A stretch of 64,000 nucleotides of DNA from Polyangiales bacterium (GCA_044229975.1 JBGARZ010000003.1:544001-608000), one strand, 5' to 3'; positions 28,948 through 41,637 are shown, counted from the first letter of the stretch. The notes: generated by a model from the sequence alone, not told the origin. Made by a program: numbers and translations.

Positions 28948-29987
28948 CAGACCGAGCTCTCCCGGCAGAGCCACGCCGCGATCTGTCCGAGCGGCAGCAC
29001 CACGTCGGCGCCGCCGCGCTCCACCGTCGTCCGCGGCATGCCGTAGACCACCGAGGTGGCCTCGTCCTGCGCCGCCACCCGGCCGCCGCTGCGACGCATG
29101 GCGACCGCGCCCGCGGCGCCGTCATCGCCCATGCCCGTGAGCACGACGCCGCGCGCCCGACGACCGAGCGCCATGGACATCGACTCCAGGAGATACGTCC
29201 CCGATGGGCGGAAGAGCCCCACCGGGGGCGCCTCGCTCACCACGAGGCGCATCGCCTGATCGAGGCCGAGGTGGCGCTCGTCGGCGGCGACGTAGACCGC
29301 CCCGCGCTCGGCCAGACCCTGATGAACGGCCACCGTGGTCGGGTGCCCGGTGGTGTCGGAGAGCCAGCGCGCGAAGCCCTCCGCGAAGCCGCGTGCGATG
29401 TGCTGAACGATCAGCACCGGTGGCATCACCCGCGGCGGCAGCATCCGCAGGAGTTCCACCAGCGCGGCGGGGCCGCCGGTGGAGGCCGCGACGCCGATGG
29501 CGGCGACCTGATCGCCCACCGCCCCGGTCGGGATGGCGCGCCCCTTCGACGCAGGCTCGGCGTGGAAGCGCTCGACCTTCACCTGCGCCATCGAGCGGAG
29601 GAGATGAACGAGCGCCGCCCGACGAAACTCGTACGTCGGCTCGCCGTAGCCCGGCAGCGCCTCGGCGATGGCGAGGGCCCCGCAGCGCAGCGCCTCCATC
29701 GCGACGCGTGAGTCCTTCGGGTTGACCGCACCGGAGACCAGCACGATGGGCGTCGGGGTGGTCGCCATGATCTGCCGGGTGGCCGCGTAGCCGTCCATCA
29801 CGGGCATCACGATGTCCATCACCACGACGGACGGGCGCGCGGCGGTCACCACGGCGAGCGCCTCCGAGCCGTCCTTCGCCTCGCCTACGACCTCGACGCC
29901 GGGCGACCCCAGGAGCGCACGGCGCAGCGACACCCGAACCGTCGGGGAGTCGTTCACGATCACCACTCGTAGCTTCGCGTCGTCCAT
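28947..29987 (-). CDS. cheB: Chemotaxis methylesterase CheB
   Basis: Receiver plus ASTGGP, QHI, LTGMGDDGA, QDEATSVVYGMP. Confidence 0.95.
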   Translation of the reverse strand: MDDAKLRVVIVNDSPTVRVSLRRALLGSPGVEVVGEAKDGSEALAVVTAARPSVVVMDIVMPVMDGYAATRQIMATTPTPIVLVSGAVNPKDSRVAMEALRCGALAIAEALPGYGEPTYEFRRAALVHLLRSMAQVKVERFHAEPASKGRAIPTGAVGDQVAAIGVAASTGGPAALVELLRMLPPRVMPPVLIVQHIARGFAEGFARWLSDTTGHPTTVAVHQGLAERGAVYVAADERHLGLDQAMRLVVSEAPPVGLFRPSGTYLLESMSMALGRRARGVVLTGMGDDGAAGAVAMRRSGGRVAAQDEATSVVYGMPRTTVERGGADVVLPLGQIAAWLCRESSV

Positions 29988-30034
29988 TCGATCCTTCGGG
30001 CCTCGTACGTCGTTTCGTGGGGCGGCGGGCGCCC

Positions 30035-32233
30035 TTAGAGCAATTGCTGGAGCGTTTCGAGCAGCTCGTCCTGGTCGAAGCGGCTCTTCACCACGTAGGC
30101 GCTCGCCCCGAGGTCGAGGGCCCGCTGCCGGTCCGCCGGTTGGGAGAGCGCCGTGACCAGCAGCACCGGCAACCGCGACAGCCGCGCCGACGCCCGCACC
30201 CTCGCCAGGAGCTGAAACCCGTCGAGCCGCGGCATCTCGATGTCCGACACCACGGCGTCGTAGCGCGCGTGCCCCGACAAGATCTCCCACGCCGCCTCGC
30301 CGTCGTGAGCCACCACGACCTCGTAGCCCGCGGCTTCGAGGATGGTGCGTTCGAGCTGCCGCGTGGTGACCGAGTCGTCGACCACCAGCACGCGCCGTCG
30401 CACCGCCGTCTGCTCCTCCTCGACCGCCGCGCTCGCGGCCGGGCGCGCGATGCGGGTGAGGTCCGCGGCGTCCAGCACGATGACCACCTCGCCGTCGCCG
30501 AACACCGTCGCCCCGGCCACGAAGGCCGCCCGACGCACCCGCGCGTTGAGGGGCTTCACCACCACCTCGCGCTCCTCCAGCAGCGCGTCGACGCGAAAGG
30601 CCACCCGCCGCTCGCCCACCGCGAGAATCACGCACGGCACCCGCGCGTCGACCGCGCGCGCCGGAGCGGGGCCCACCACACCAAGCGTCGCGTCGAGGTC
30701 GGCCAGCGGAACCAATCCCCCAGCGTCTTCCAGATAGAGGTGCCCCTCGATGACCCGCAGCTCCGACTCGGCCACGCGGCGCAGACCCGCCACCGCCGTG
30801 GAGACGATCACCGCGCGCAGCTCGCGCACCTGCACCACGACCCCGCGCATCACGCTCAGATCGAGCGGTACCGTGATCGTGAACCGCGACCCGCGACCAG
30901 GCTCGCTTGCCACCTCCACGCGCCCGTGCATCTGCGCCACCCGCATCCGAACGACGTCCAGCCCGACGCCGCGACCCGACAGGGCCGTGACGCGTTCGCG
31001 CGTGCTGAAGCCGGGTTCGAAGAGCAGCGAAAACGCGTCTTGCGGGGTGCGCACCGAGGCGACCTCCATGCCCTTCGCGCGCGCGGCTGAGAGCACCGCC
31101 TCCGGGTCGATGCCGCGGCCGTCGTCCTCGACGCTCACCCGCACGTCGCGCCCCGTGACCGTCGCTCGCAGCGTGACCCGACCCGCCGCGGGCTTGCCCT
31201 GCGCGGCGCGCGCCGCGGTGTCCTCCAGGCCGTGGTCGACCGCGTTGCGAACGAGGTGCAGCAAGGGCTCGCGCAGCCCTTCGAGCACACGGCGATCGAC
31301 CTCGGGGAGGTCACCCTCCAGGCCAAACTCCACCTTCCGATCGAGCGCCGAGGCCGCGTCGAGGGCGGCTCGTTCGAGCAGCGGCGAGAGCGACACCAAC
31401 GGGACCACCCGCAGGTCACGCGACCGCGTGAGCAGATCGTCCGCGGCACCCGAGAGCAGGCGCCAGGAGAGCTCGTCGCGCGCGCGACGCTCGGCGGCCA
31501 CGGCCGCGAGCCCCTGGAGCGCCACGAGCGCCTGGTCGAGCGCGTACAGCACCTCGTCGCCGTCGTGCACCGTGGCCCGGACGTTTTGCCGCGCGCGGCG
31601 GAGGTCGTTGCGCGCTTCGAGGAGGCGCTGCTCCATCGCCTCCAGGTGCCGCGTCGAGTCGCCGTGGCGGGCTACGAGGGAGGCGAGCTCTTCGGCGGCG
31701 GCGAAGAGGCCCGCGAGGCGCGCGGTCGACACCCGCAGCGTCTCTGGCGCGGACGGCGGGGCTTCGACCGACGGCGCCGCGGGCGCGGGCGGAATCACCA
31801 CCGGAGCGGGCGCGATCACGGGTGCAACCGCGGGCGCATCGCGCAGCGCACGTCGGGCTCCGGCGAGGGCGGCCTCGTCGGGCTCACCGCGCTCGGCGAG
31901 GCTCGTCGCGCAGGCCCGCAGCGCCCGCAGCGTCACCTCGGCGTAGGCCGCCACGCGCGGTTGCTCGGAGGCGTCTCCGCGTCGGGCCGATCCGAGCTCC
32001 GTCTCCACCGCGTGGAGGAAGCGCTCCATGGACTCGTAGCCCACCGCCCGCGCCGCGCCCTTCAGGCTGTGCACCGCGCGAAACACCTCCGCCGCCGCGG
32101 CCCGCTTCGCCTCACCGGCCTCCCCCTCCCGGGCGAGCGCGAGCGACGCGCGCTCGATGTTGACCAGGTGGTCGTCCACCTCGTCGCGGAAGACCGCGCG
32201 CAGCTCGGCGAGGATGTCGTCGCTCTCGGCCAC
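30035..32233 (-). CDS. cheA: Hybrid CheA (Hpt-HATPase-CheW-REC)
   Basis: HSLKGAA, HLVRNAVDHGLE, SGRGVGLDVV, C-terminal VVDDS receiver. Confidence 0.95.
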   Translation of the reverse strand: MAESDDILAELRAVFRDEVDDHLVNIERASLALAREGEAGEAKRAAAAEVFRAVHSLKGAARAVGYESMERFLHAVETELGSARRGDASEQPRVAAYAEVTLRALRACATSLAERGEPDEAALAGARRALRDAPAVAPVIAPAPVVIPPAPAAPSVEAPPSAPETLRVSTARLAGLFAAAEELASLVARHGDSTRHLEAMEQRLLEARNDLRRARQNVRATVHDGDEVLYALDQALVALQGLAAVAAERRARDELSWRLLSGAADDLLTRSRDLRVVPLVSLSPLLERAALDAASALDRKVEFGLEGDLPEVDRRVLEGLREPLLHLVRNAVDHGLEDTAARAAQGKPAAGRVTLRATVTGRDVRVSVEDDGRGIDPEAVLSAARAKGMEVASVRTPQDAFSLLFEPGFSTRERVTALSGRGVGLDVVRMRVAQMHGRVEVASEPGRGSRFTITVPLDLSVMRGVVVQVRELRAVIVSTAVAGLRRVAESELRVIEGHLYLEDAGGLVPLADLDATLGVVGPAPARAVDARVPCVILAVGERRVAFRVDALLEEREVVVKPLNARVRRAAFVAGATVFGDGEVVIVLDAADLTRIARPAASAAVEEEQTAVRRRVLVVDDSVTTRQLERTILEAAGYEVVVAHDGEAAWEILSGHARYDAVVSDIEMPRLDGFQLLARVRASARLSRLPVLLVTALSQPADRQRALDLGASAYVVKSRFDQDELLETLQQLL

Positions 32234-32243
32234 CTCGGCCTCG

Positions 32244-34015
<1,772 letters not shown>

Positions 34016-34019
<4 letters not shown>

Positions 34020-34621
34020 CGGGGTGGGGGCTCTTCCTGGCGGGTGCGCCGCGTCGCGATGGGCCGCGCCGACGCCTCACGGGGGATGGGAATCTCGACG
34101 ATCAACCGCGGCGAGGCGAGCAGCGCGTCGTGGTCGATGAAGGGAATGCCGCGCGCATCGACGCCGCGAAGCAGCGCGCGCACCGACGGGGCGACGTCTT
34201 CGGGCGGCGGCCGCAGCGTCTCCGGGTCGACGGCCCCGAGGTGCTCGACGGCGTCGACCACCAGCGCGACGGCTTCGGCGCCTTCGCCCATCAGCACCAC
34301 GCGCCCGTACTCGGGCAGCGCTCCGAGGGGCAGGCCCAGCACCACCCGGAGGTGAAACGCCGGGACGATCTCGCCGCCGCGCGCGATGAGCCCCGCGACC
34401 GAGGCAGGCGCGTGCGGAAGCGCCGTGAGCTTCGTGAGGGCCGCGACGGCGCGCACGGCGTAGGCCGCGATGGCGTATCGCTCACCGGCCACGCGCAACC
34501 CGAGCGCATCGTGGTGATCGGAGCGGGTGACGCGCGCGGGCTGCGACGCAACCGCGCGGGTGCGGGCGTCGAGCAGAGCGCGGGTGGCGTCATCCCAGGG
34601 TTGGTCGCGGTCGGCGGTCAC
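34016..34621 (-). CDS. cheW: CheW-like adaptor
   Basis: ERYAI...LPHAP..VAGL...GEIVP; operon context. Confidence 0.88.
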
Positions 34622-34627
34622 GCGCGA

Positions 34628-35986
34628 TCACCCACCCTGTCGACGGGCAGGCGGCGCTTCGCCCAGCGAGCGGGCCATGCGGTCGCAGAGCGTGATGAGC
34701 CCTTCGCGGCTCTGTCCCTCGCTATGCGGCACCGGCCGGTCGTCGCCTGCGCGAAGCAGGCCGCGCGCGTTGCGGAGGGCGCGCCGAGCGGTGTCGGAGT
34801 CGCCGAGGCGGGCGTGCGCTGCGGCCGAGAGCACGTGGGCGAAGGCCAGCGATCGGTCGAGAAACACCGCGCGATCGGCGTCCAGGCTCGCACCGCGGTC
34901 GTCACCAGCAGCCTGTCGAACGGTCGATCGCAGGAGGTAGAGGGCGGGGTTGAGTCCGTCGAGCACCACGGCCTTATTGAGCAACCGGGTCGCACCCGCC
35001 AGATCCCCCGTGTCGGCGAGTGATCGGGCGGCCGCGACGACGTCGTCTTGTTCGACCGCCTCGACCGCCGCGGGCACAGGGCGACGGGGCGGTGACGGCG
35101 CGGGCACTGCGGGGAGGGCGACGACGGGCGGCGGTGCGGCGGCGAGCGGCTTCTCCGCGGAGGTGCGTCGGTAGACGAGCGGCCCTCGGACCGCGGCGAC
35201 GAGCCCAAGCCCCGTGGGCAGCAACGGATCAGACGGCCCCGGCACCAGCCACGCTCCGTCGACGAGCGAGCGGGCGATGGAGGCGGCCACGCGGCCGACG
35301 GTCTCCAGATCGAAGTAGATCGCGACGTTGCGGCAGAGCACCACATCGACGCCTCGCGGCCACCGCTCCGACGAACCGTCGAGGAGGTTGAGCGGCGCGA
35401 AGCGCACCGAGCGACGCAGCGCGGGCACCACGCTCCACCGGTCGCCGTCGGGGCGAAACCAGCGTTCTCTGCGGGCCGCGTCGACGCCGCGAAAGGACCA
35501 CTGCCCATATCGCCCGCGCCGGGCCCGCTCGATGAACCTCGGGTTGAGGTCGGTGCCGATCACCTCGATGCGCTCGGCGTGTTCGCTGCCCAGCGCTTCG
35601 TGGGCGACGATGGCGAGCGACCACGCCTCCTCGCCGGTCGAGCATCCTGCCGACCACAGCCGCACGGTCCCACCGCGCGCGAGCGCCTCGGGGATGGCCA
35701 CGTCCCTGACGAACGCGAAGTGCCCGTCGTCCCGGAAGAGGTACGTCTCGCCGACGGTGAGCTCCTCGGCCAACGCTTCGATGGCCTCGGCGTCGCCTCC
35801 CATCAGCCGACGCAGGAGACCGTCCGCGTCGCGCTCACCGAGCCGCGCTGCGGCGGCGATGATCCCCCGGTCGAGCGCGCCCGCCCGGCTCGGCGGAAAC
35901 ACCAGGCCCACGGCATCGCGTACGGCCCCCGCCAGCGCCTCGCGAACCTCCGCCGTCAGCACCACGTCCGACGGCGCGATCTTCAC
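34628..35986 (-). CDS. cheR: CheR methyltransferase with C-terminal TPR
   Basis: TVGETYLFRD, WSAGCSTGEE, CRNVAIYF; TPR tail. Confidence 0.94.
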   Translation of the reverse strand: MKIAPSDVVLTAEVREALAGAVRDAVGLVFPPSRAGALDRGIIAAAARLGERDADGLLRRLMGGDAEAIEALAEELTVGETYLFRDDGHFAFVRDVAIPEALARGGTVRLWSAGCSTGEEAWSLAIVAHEALGSEHAERIEVIGTDLNPRFIERARRGRYGQWSFRGVDAARRERWFRPDGDRWSVVPALRRSVRFAPLNLLDGSSERWPRGVDVVLCRNVAIYFDLETVGRVAASIARSLVDGAWLVPGPSDPLLPTGLGLVAAVRGPLVYRRTSAEKPLAAAPPPVVALPAVPAPSPPRRPVPAAVEAVEQDDVVAAARSLADTGDLAGATRLLNKAVVLDGLNPALYLLRSTVRQAAGDDRGASLDADRAVFLDRSLAFAHVLSAAAHARLGDSDTARRALRNARGLLRAGDDRPVPHSEGQSREGLITLCDRMARSLGEAPPARRQGG

Positions 35987-36444
35987 GGGGCCGACGCCAT
36001 CTGCTGGAGACCGCGGTCGACGGACTCCTCTTCGTCGAGGGACAGCACCGCGTCGAGGTCTTCGATGAGCAGCAGCCCGTCGTCAAGCGCCACCACGCCG
36101 CGCACATGCCGCGACGGAATCATCGGCACCTGCACCGCCTCGGGCGCGAGCTCACGCAGGTCGGACACCCGGTCGACGACGAGGGCGAGCACACGCCGCG
36201 CGCCCCGCACCACCAGCAGGTGGTCGTCCGTCGAGGGTGCCTTCGGGCAGTGCCCGAGGCGCGGTCGCAGATCGACGGCGACGGTCACCGACCCGCGGTA
36301 ATTGAACACCCCGACGACCACCTCCGCGGCCCCCGGCAGCGGCGTCACCCAGATGCGCGGAACCACCTCGATCACCCGCTCGACGGGCACCGCGTAGCGC
36401 GCGTCCGCCAACTGAAACTCCAGCACCTGCATCGCACCCATCAT
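35983..36444 (-). CDS. cheW: CheW-like adaptor
   Basis: TPLPGA...GVFNYRG...VDLR.RLG...LVVDRV. Confidence 0.92.
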   Translation of the reverse strand: MMGAMQVLEFQLADARYAVPVERVIEVVPRIWVTPLPGAAEVVVGVFNYRGSVTVAVDLRPRLGHCPKAPSTDDHLLVVRGARRVLALVVDRVSDLRELAPEAVQVPMIPSRHVRGVVALDDGLLLIEDLDAVLSLDEEESVDRGLQQMASAP

Positions 36445-36467
36445 AGGCGATGCTCACTCCAACGCGC

Positions 36468-37505
36468 TCACGCCGACGGTTTGCTGTCGGGCGCGAGACA
36501 AGCGTCGAAGCCCTCCTGCACCTGTCGCAGGAAGCCGTCGTCGACGTCACGGAAGATGAGCACCGCGCGGCAGCCGTGGTCCTCGTCGGGCCACGCGTCG
36601 AGGATCACCGACGGATACACCACGTGCTGCACCGCGTGGACGATGACGGGCCCCGGCTCGCCCTGCACCCGCAGCATCGCCTTGCAGCGCAGCAGCTTCT
36701 CTCCGTTGAACTGCGTCAGCAGCGACAGCCACATGGAAAACGCCGTCCACCGCACCGTGCGCGCCCGCACCAGCGCGAGCGTTCGCACCCGCGTGTGGCG
36801 CGGGGCGGCGGCCACCACCCAGCGACCGTTCTCCGCGGGCGACGCCGCGATCATCCCCCGCACCCGCTCGCCCGGGAGGTCGGCCGAGAGCCTCCCTCGG
36901 AGTCGCTCCGGGTCGACCGCCCCATGACTGGCGACGTCCACGGTGGCCGCGGGGTTGAGGGCCTGGAGGCGCTCGACGAGGGCGGCCGTAGCGACCGGCC
37001 CCGCGAGCTCGGACTTGGTCACCACGAAGTGATCGGCCGCCACCGCCTGCTGGAGCGCCTCGTGGTGCTCTTCGAGCTGCCCCGCCCCGTGGGTGGCGTC
37101 GACGACGGTGACCACGCCGTCGAGCTCGAAGCGCGCGAAGAGGCGGTCGTCCCCGGTGATCGTCGCGAGCACGGGCCCCGGATCGGCGAGCCCGGTGGTC
37201 TCGACCATCACCCGCGCAAACGGCGGAATCTCCCGGGCGGTACGGCGTCGATCGAGGTCGAGGAGGGTCTCGACGAGGTCGCCGAGGACGGTGCAGCACA
37301 CGCACCCGCCGCCCAGCACCATCACCCGGTCGTCGACCTTGCGAACGAGCAGGTGGTCGAGCGCGACGGCGCCGAGCTCGTTGATGACGACGGCCGTGTC
37401 GGACAGCTCCGGCCGGCCGATGAGGCTGTTGAGCAGCGTGGTCTTGCCCGCGCCCAGAAACCCGGTGAGCACCATCACGGGCAGTCGCGGTCGGTTGGGC
37501 AGCAT
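36468..37505 (-). CDS. CobW/COG0523 family metallochaperone GTPase
   Basis: LTGFLGAGKTT, INELG, GCVCC, ETTGLADP. Confidence 0.93.
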   Translation of the reverse strand: MLPNRPRLPVMVLTGFLGAGKTTLLNSLIGRPELSDTAVVINELGAVALDHLLVRKVDDRVMVLGGGCVCCTVLGDLVETLLDLDRRRTAREIPPFARVMVETTGLADPGPVLATITGDDRLFARFELDGVVTVVDATHGAGQLEEHHEALQQAVAADHFVVTKSELAGPVATAALVERLQALNPAATVDVASHGAVDPERLRGRLSADLPGERVRGMIAASPAENGRWVVAAAPRHTRVRTLALVRARTVRWTAFSMWLSLLTQFNGEKLLRCKAMLRVQGEPGPVIVHAVQHVVYPSVILDAWPDEDHGCRAVLIFRDVDDGFLRQVQEGFDACLAPDSKPSA

Positions 37506-37566
37506 GGGCGCGGGACTCTACGCCGGTTGCGGTCGTTGGCGATCGCCCCGTAGATTGCGCCACCCG

Positions 37567-38712
37567 ATGCGCGCGCGACACCTCCTGCCCCTGAGCGCGC
37601 TGCTGACCATCGCGTCGTGCGGCGGCCCGACGGAGCACATCGACCAGGTGGTCAGCGAGGCCGTGGTCTGCGGCCGTGGCCCGACGGTGGAGGGCATCGA
37701 CGTCTCGCAGTACCAGGCGACGGTCAACTGGCCGATGGTGCGCGCGGCGGGCAAGCGCTTCGCCATCGCGCGCATCCTGCACTGGCCCACGCGCGACACG
37801 CAGTTTGAGCGCAACTGGCGGGAGATCCGCGCCAACGGGCTCATCCGCGGCGCGTACATCTACTTCGATCCGCGCTACGAGGTCGCCGCGCAGGCCGACA
37901 TCGTCGTGCGCGCGGTGGGCCGCCTCGGCGAGGGCGACCTCCCGGTGACCCTCGACATCGAGCAGCCCAACCCAGGGCTTCCGACGCCCGCGCGGTACGT
38001 CGCGATGATCCGCGACCTCGCGGCGCGCGTGGAGGCGGGCACCGGCCGCGCCCCGATGATCTACACGGGCCGCTACTACTGGCCCAACTACGTTCAGTCG
38101 ACGGAGTTTCGCGACCTGCCGCTGTGGCACGCGCAGTACACGACGACACAGCCGTGCCCGTACATCGCCGACGCGTGGCGCGACTGGGCGTTCTGGCAGT
38201 ACTCGTCGACGGGGCGCGTCAGCGGCATCACGGGCAACGTCGACCTCGACCGCTTCAACGGCAGCTACGCCGACCTCCAGCGCCTCGCGGGCGTCGGGGC
38301 CGTGGACGCCGGAACGCCCCGCGACGCCGCCGTCCCGAGAGACGTCCCGACGGCGAGAGACGTCCCCGCAACGCGCGACGCCATGGCCACCGATGGTGCT
38401 GGGTCGCGCCTCGACGCGGTGGCCGCCGACGTCCGTGTGGCCACCGATGTCACGCTCGACGCCCCCGACGCTTCGTCCCCCGACGTTCCATCGGAGCCCG
38501 ACGATGTCGTCCTCCCGGCGCCCGACGTGAGCGCGCCGGACGTGCCCGATGAGACCGACCTCGGCGTCGAAGCGCCCGCCCCTCCCGCGGGATGCGGTTG
38601 CCACGTTGGAGCGATCGACCACGGCTCGCCCATCGCTCTCTCGATCGCGGCGCTCTTCTTCACCCTTCGGCGACGCCGACCGTCCCGCAGCACCCCACCA
38701 CACGGAGCCTGA
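37567..38712 (+). CDS. GH25 lysozyme/muramidase with Asp-rich linker and MYXO-CTERM-like tail
   Basis: GIDVSQYQ, LDIE, IYTG, LWHAQY, FWQYS, VDLD; C-terminal GCGC...hydrophobic...RRRR. Confidence 0.9.
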   Translation: MRARHLLPLSALLTIASCGGPTEHIDQVVSEAVVCGRGPTVEGIDVSQYQATVNWPMVRAAGKRFAIARILHWPTRDTQFERNWREIRANGLIRGAYIYFDPRYEVAAQADIVVRAVGRLGEGDLPVTLDIEQPNPGLPTPARYVAMIRDLAARVEAGTGRAPMIYTGRYYWPNYVQSTEFRDLPLWHAQYTTTQPCPYIADAWRDWAFWQYSSTGRVSGITGNVDLDRFNGSYADLQRLAGVGAVDAGTPRDAAVPRDVPTARDVPATRDAMATDGAGSRLDAVAADVRVATDVTLDAPDASSPDVPSEPDDVVLPAPDVSAPDVPDETDLGVEAPAPPAGCGCHVGAIDHGSPIALSIAALFFTLRRRRPSRSTPPHGA

Positions 38713-38719
38713 GACCCTT

Positions 38720-39535
38720 ATGAGCCTTCGAGGAAAGACCCTGTTCATCACGGGCGCGAGCCGCGGCATCGGCCTCGCCATCGCGAAGCGCGCCGCGCAG
38801 GACGGCGCCAACATCACCATCGCCGCCAAGACCACCGAGGCCCACCCGAAGCTCCCGGGAACCATCTACACCGCCGCCGCCGAGATCGAGGCCGCGGGCG
38901 GCAAGGCCCTGCCGCTGGTGGTCGACGTGCGCTCGGACGAGAGCGTGCTCGCGGCGGTGGCGAAGACCGTCGAGACCTTCGGCGGCATCGACATCCTCGT
39001 GAACAACGCCAGCGCCATCAGCCTCACCGGCACGCTCGAGACGCCGATGAAGCGCTACGATCTGATGCACCAGATCAACCTGCGCGGAACCTACCTCTGC
39101 TCGCAGGCGTGCCTCCCTCACCTGCTCAAGGCCGCCAACCCGCACGTCCTCAACCTCTCGCCGCCGCTCAACATGGAGGCGCGTTGGTTCTCCGGGCACG
39201 TCGCGTACACGATGGCGAAGTTCGGCATGAGCATGTGCGTGCTGGGGATGGCCGAGGAGTTCGCCGGTCGCGTTGCCTTCAACGCGCTCTGGCCCCGCAC
39301 CGCCATCGCGACGGCCGCCGTGCAGAACCTCCTCGGCGGCGACGACGCCATCGCGGGCTGCCGCACCGTCGACATCATGTCCGACGTCGCCTACGAGATC
39401 TTCCAGCGCCCCGCCGCGAAGTTCAGCGGCAACTTCGTCATCGACGAGGACTTCCTCCGCGCGATGGGCGTCACCGACTTCGAGAAGTACGCTGTCACCC
39501 CTGGGGCGCCGCTGGTCCCCGACTTCTTCGTCTGA
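38720..39535 (+). CDS. SDR oxidoreductase (HSDL2-like)
   Basis: TGASRGIG, HPKLPGTIY, NNASAI, YTMAK. Confidence 0.93.
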   Translation: MSLRGKTLFITGASRGIGLAIAKRAAQDGANITIAAKTTEAHPKLPGTIYTAAAEIEAAGGKALPLVVDVRSDESVLAAVAKTVETFGGIDILVNNASAISLTGTLETPMKRYDLMHQINLRGTYLCSQACLPHLLKAANPHVLNLSPPLNMEARWFSGHVAYTMAKFGMSMCVLGMAEEFAGRVAFNALWPRTAIATAAVQNLLGGDDAIAGCRTVDIMSDVAYEIFQRPAAKFSGNFVIDEDFLRAMGVTDFEKYAVTPGAPLVPDFFV

Positions 39536-41006
39536 TCTCCGCGGCCACCGCGCCGACCTTCTCCCGCAATCCCCGCCGCCTCCGCTCGACGCCTTCGCTG
39601 CGCTCCGGGCGCAGCGCCATCACGCCCACGCCACCGCCCTCCGCCGCCGCGTGCTCGACGGCCTCCGCGTCGCCGCACGGCATCAGCGCCCACGCGCCCA
39701 CGCACCCGGCGATGGCGTCGCGGTACGCGTGCATCTTCTCGACGGAGCCCGGAACGTCCGCGCGAAACTTCGCATCGAACACCAGGCGCGCCCCGCCAAC
39801 CTCCAGCACCAGGTCGGGCCGATACGCGAGCCCGTACGACGGAACCACCCGTCGATCAGGCTGGCTCCACAACCACGCCTTGCTGCCATCGATGGAGCAC
39901 TCGGCGCGGCCACCCGGCGTGACCGTCGCGGCGAGACCCAGCGCGCGCGAGACCTCCATCGCGCACCAGCGTTCGTAGAGCAGCGCGGAGTCATCGAGGG
40001 CGAGTCGCACCGCGGGGTCATACGGGTCCGTGGCGACGGCGAGTCCCTCCAGCCAACGGCGCATCGCCGACAGCTCGCGGTAGCCGGGGTGACGCGACCC
40101 GGCGAGCGTCGAAGCCGCGCCCGCCGAAGGCAGATCACGAAACCCGACACGACCCGCGAGCGCCATCACCTCGGCGAGCGCATCGGCGAGCGCGGGCGTC
40201 GGATCGGGATCGGTCATCACCGACGACACCAGGCGCAGCAGCGATGCGACCGCGCGGTTTTCGGGCGTGTCGACGGAGAGCCCGGGCTCGTCGGCGCGGA
40301 TGAGCACCCGCGACGGATCATCACCACGAGCGAACGCGGGGTTCGACACGAGCTCCTCGACGCGCACCCGACGCGCATCGGCCCATGGGATCACCCTTCG
40401 CACCGCTGCCACGCTTCGCAGCGGAGCGTGCGCCGCGAGCGCCAGCGCCCGATGCAACGTCGAAGAGCGCAGCAGCCACGCCACCAACACCCGCAACGCA
40501 GCCCCGCGATCACGACAATGAACGAGCGCGGTCTCCGACGGGCCATCGTCCGCGAGGGCGAGCGCGAAGGACTCCGCGAGCAGATCATCGATCATCACGC
40601 GGTGAGCGTCACGACCGCGCAGCAGCGGGCTCTCCACGTGGAGCGCGAGGCGGGCCGAGCGATCCCCACGACGCAGCGCGAGCCACGACTCGCCGATGCG
40701 CCCGGCGAAGGAGACGAGCGCGGCGTCCGACTCCCATCGCGTCACGGTCACGCCATCGGGCACCTCGATCTCACACCCCGCGTCGGCGCTCACCCGCAAC
40801 GTGGCGCGGTCGTCCACCATCAGCGCCGCGAGCCCCTCGCGTGGCGCATCGGGGCACCACCGCATAGCGCTCGCCCCCATCGCGAAGTCCCCATCGAGCT
40901 CTCCTGTCAGCGCCACCCTCTCCGCTGTCCGCGGCGCTGATGTCGCGAGCGAGAGCCCGCCGAGCTCAGAGCGCCACCACACCTTCGCCAGCGCGCGCTC
41001 GTCCAC
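39495..41006 (-). CDS. DUF2357 / PD-(D/E)XK McrC-like nuclease domain protein
   Basis: DTPENR, LYERWC, RPDLVL...FDAKFR, KMHAYRDAI motifs. Confidence 0.78.
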   Translation of the reverse strand: MDERALAKVWWRSELGGLSLATSAPRTAERVALTGELDGDFAMGASAMRWCPDAPREGLAALMVDDRATLRVSADAGCEIEVPDGVTVTRWESDAALVSFAGRIGESWLALRRGDRSARLALHVESPLLRGRDAHRVMIDDLLAESFALALADDGPSETALVHCRDRGAALRVLVAWLLRSSTLHRALALAAHAPLRSVAAVRRVIPWADARRVRVEELVSNPAFARGDDPSRVLIRADEPGLSVDTPENRAVASLLRLVSSVMTDPDPTPALADALAEVMALAGRVGFRDLPSAGAASTLAGSRHPGYRELSAMRRWLEGLAVATDPYDPAVRLALDDSALLYERWCAMEVSRALGLAATVTPGGRAECSIDGSKAWLWSQPDRRVVPSYGLAYRPDLVLEVGGARLVFDAKFRADVPGSVEKMHAYRDAIAGCVGAWALMPCGDAEAVEHAAAEGGGVGVMALRPERSEGVERRRRGLREKVGAVAAEIRRRSRGPAAPQG

Positions 41007-41052
41007 GACGCATCACCGTATCGCGGAACGTGACCCGTCGTAGTCTCCGCGC

Positions 41053-41637
41053 ATGCTCCTCCAGGGACGTTCGGTGACGGTGTATCTCGGCGCGGCGGAC
41101 GGTAGCTCTCCTCGCTACCTCGAAGCGGCCACCGAGCTCGGCCGCCTGCTCGCCGAGCACGGCGCCACGCTCGTCTACGGCGGCGCCTCGGTCGGAACCA
41201 TGGGCGCCCTCGCCAACGGCGCCCTCACCGCGGGCGGTCGCGTCACGGGCGTCATTCCCCGCTCGCTGCAAGACCGCGAGCTCGCGCACGGTTCGCTCAC
41301 CGAGTCGCTCGTGGTGGAGACGATGCACGTCCGCAAGCTGGCGATGATCGACCGCGCCGACGCCTTCGTCGCGCTCCCCGGCGGCTACGGAACCTGGGAA
41401 GAAGTGCTGGAAGTGCTCACCTGGAAGCAGATCGGCTTGCACCAGAAGCCCGTGGTGCTGATGAACCTCAACGGCTTCTACGACCCGCTGCTCGCGATGA
41501 TCGACCGCGCCGTGACTGAGGGCTTCATCCGCCCTCACCTGCGCGACTACGTGCTGCTGGCCCACGACCCGATGGGCGTGATCGCGACGCTGGAGGCGTA
41601 CGAGCCCCCAGCGGCGACCGTCGACCGCTGGGCGTAG
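41053..41637 (+). CDS. LOG family nucleotide phosphoribohydrolase
   Basis: LVYGG..VGTMG, MHVRK, ALPGGYGTWEE. Confidence 0.92.
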   Translation: MLLQGRSVTVYLGAADGSSPRYLEAATELGRLLAEHGATLVYGGASVGTMGALANGALTAGGRVTGVIPRSLQDRELAHGSLTESLVVETMHVRKLAMIDRADAFVALPGGYGTWEEVLEVLTWKQIGLHQKPVVLMNLNGFYDPLLAMIDRAVTEGFIRPHLRDYVLLAHDPMGVIATLEAYEPPAATVDRWA

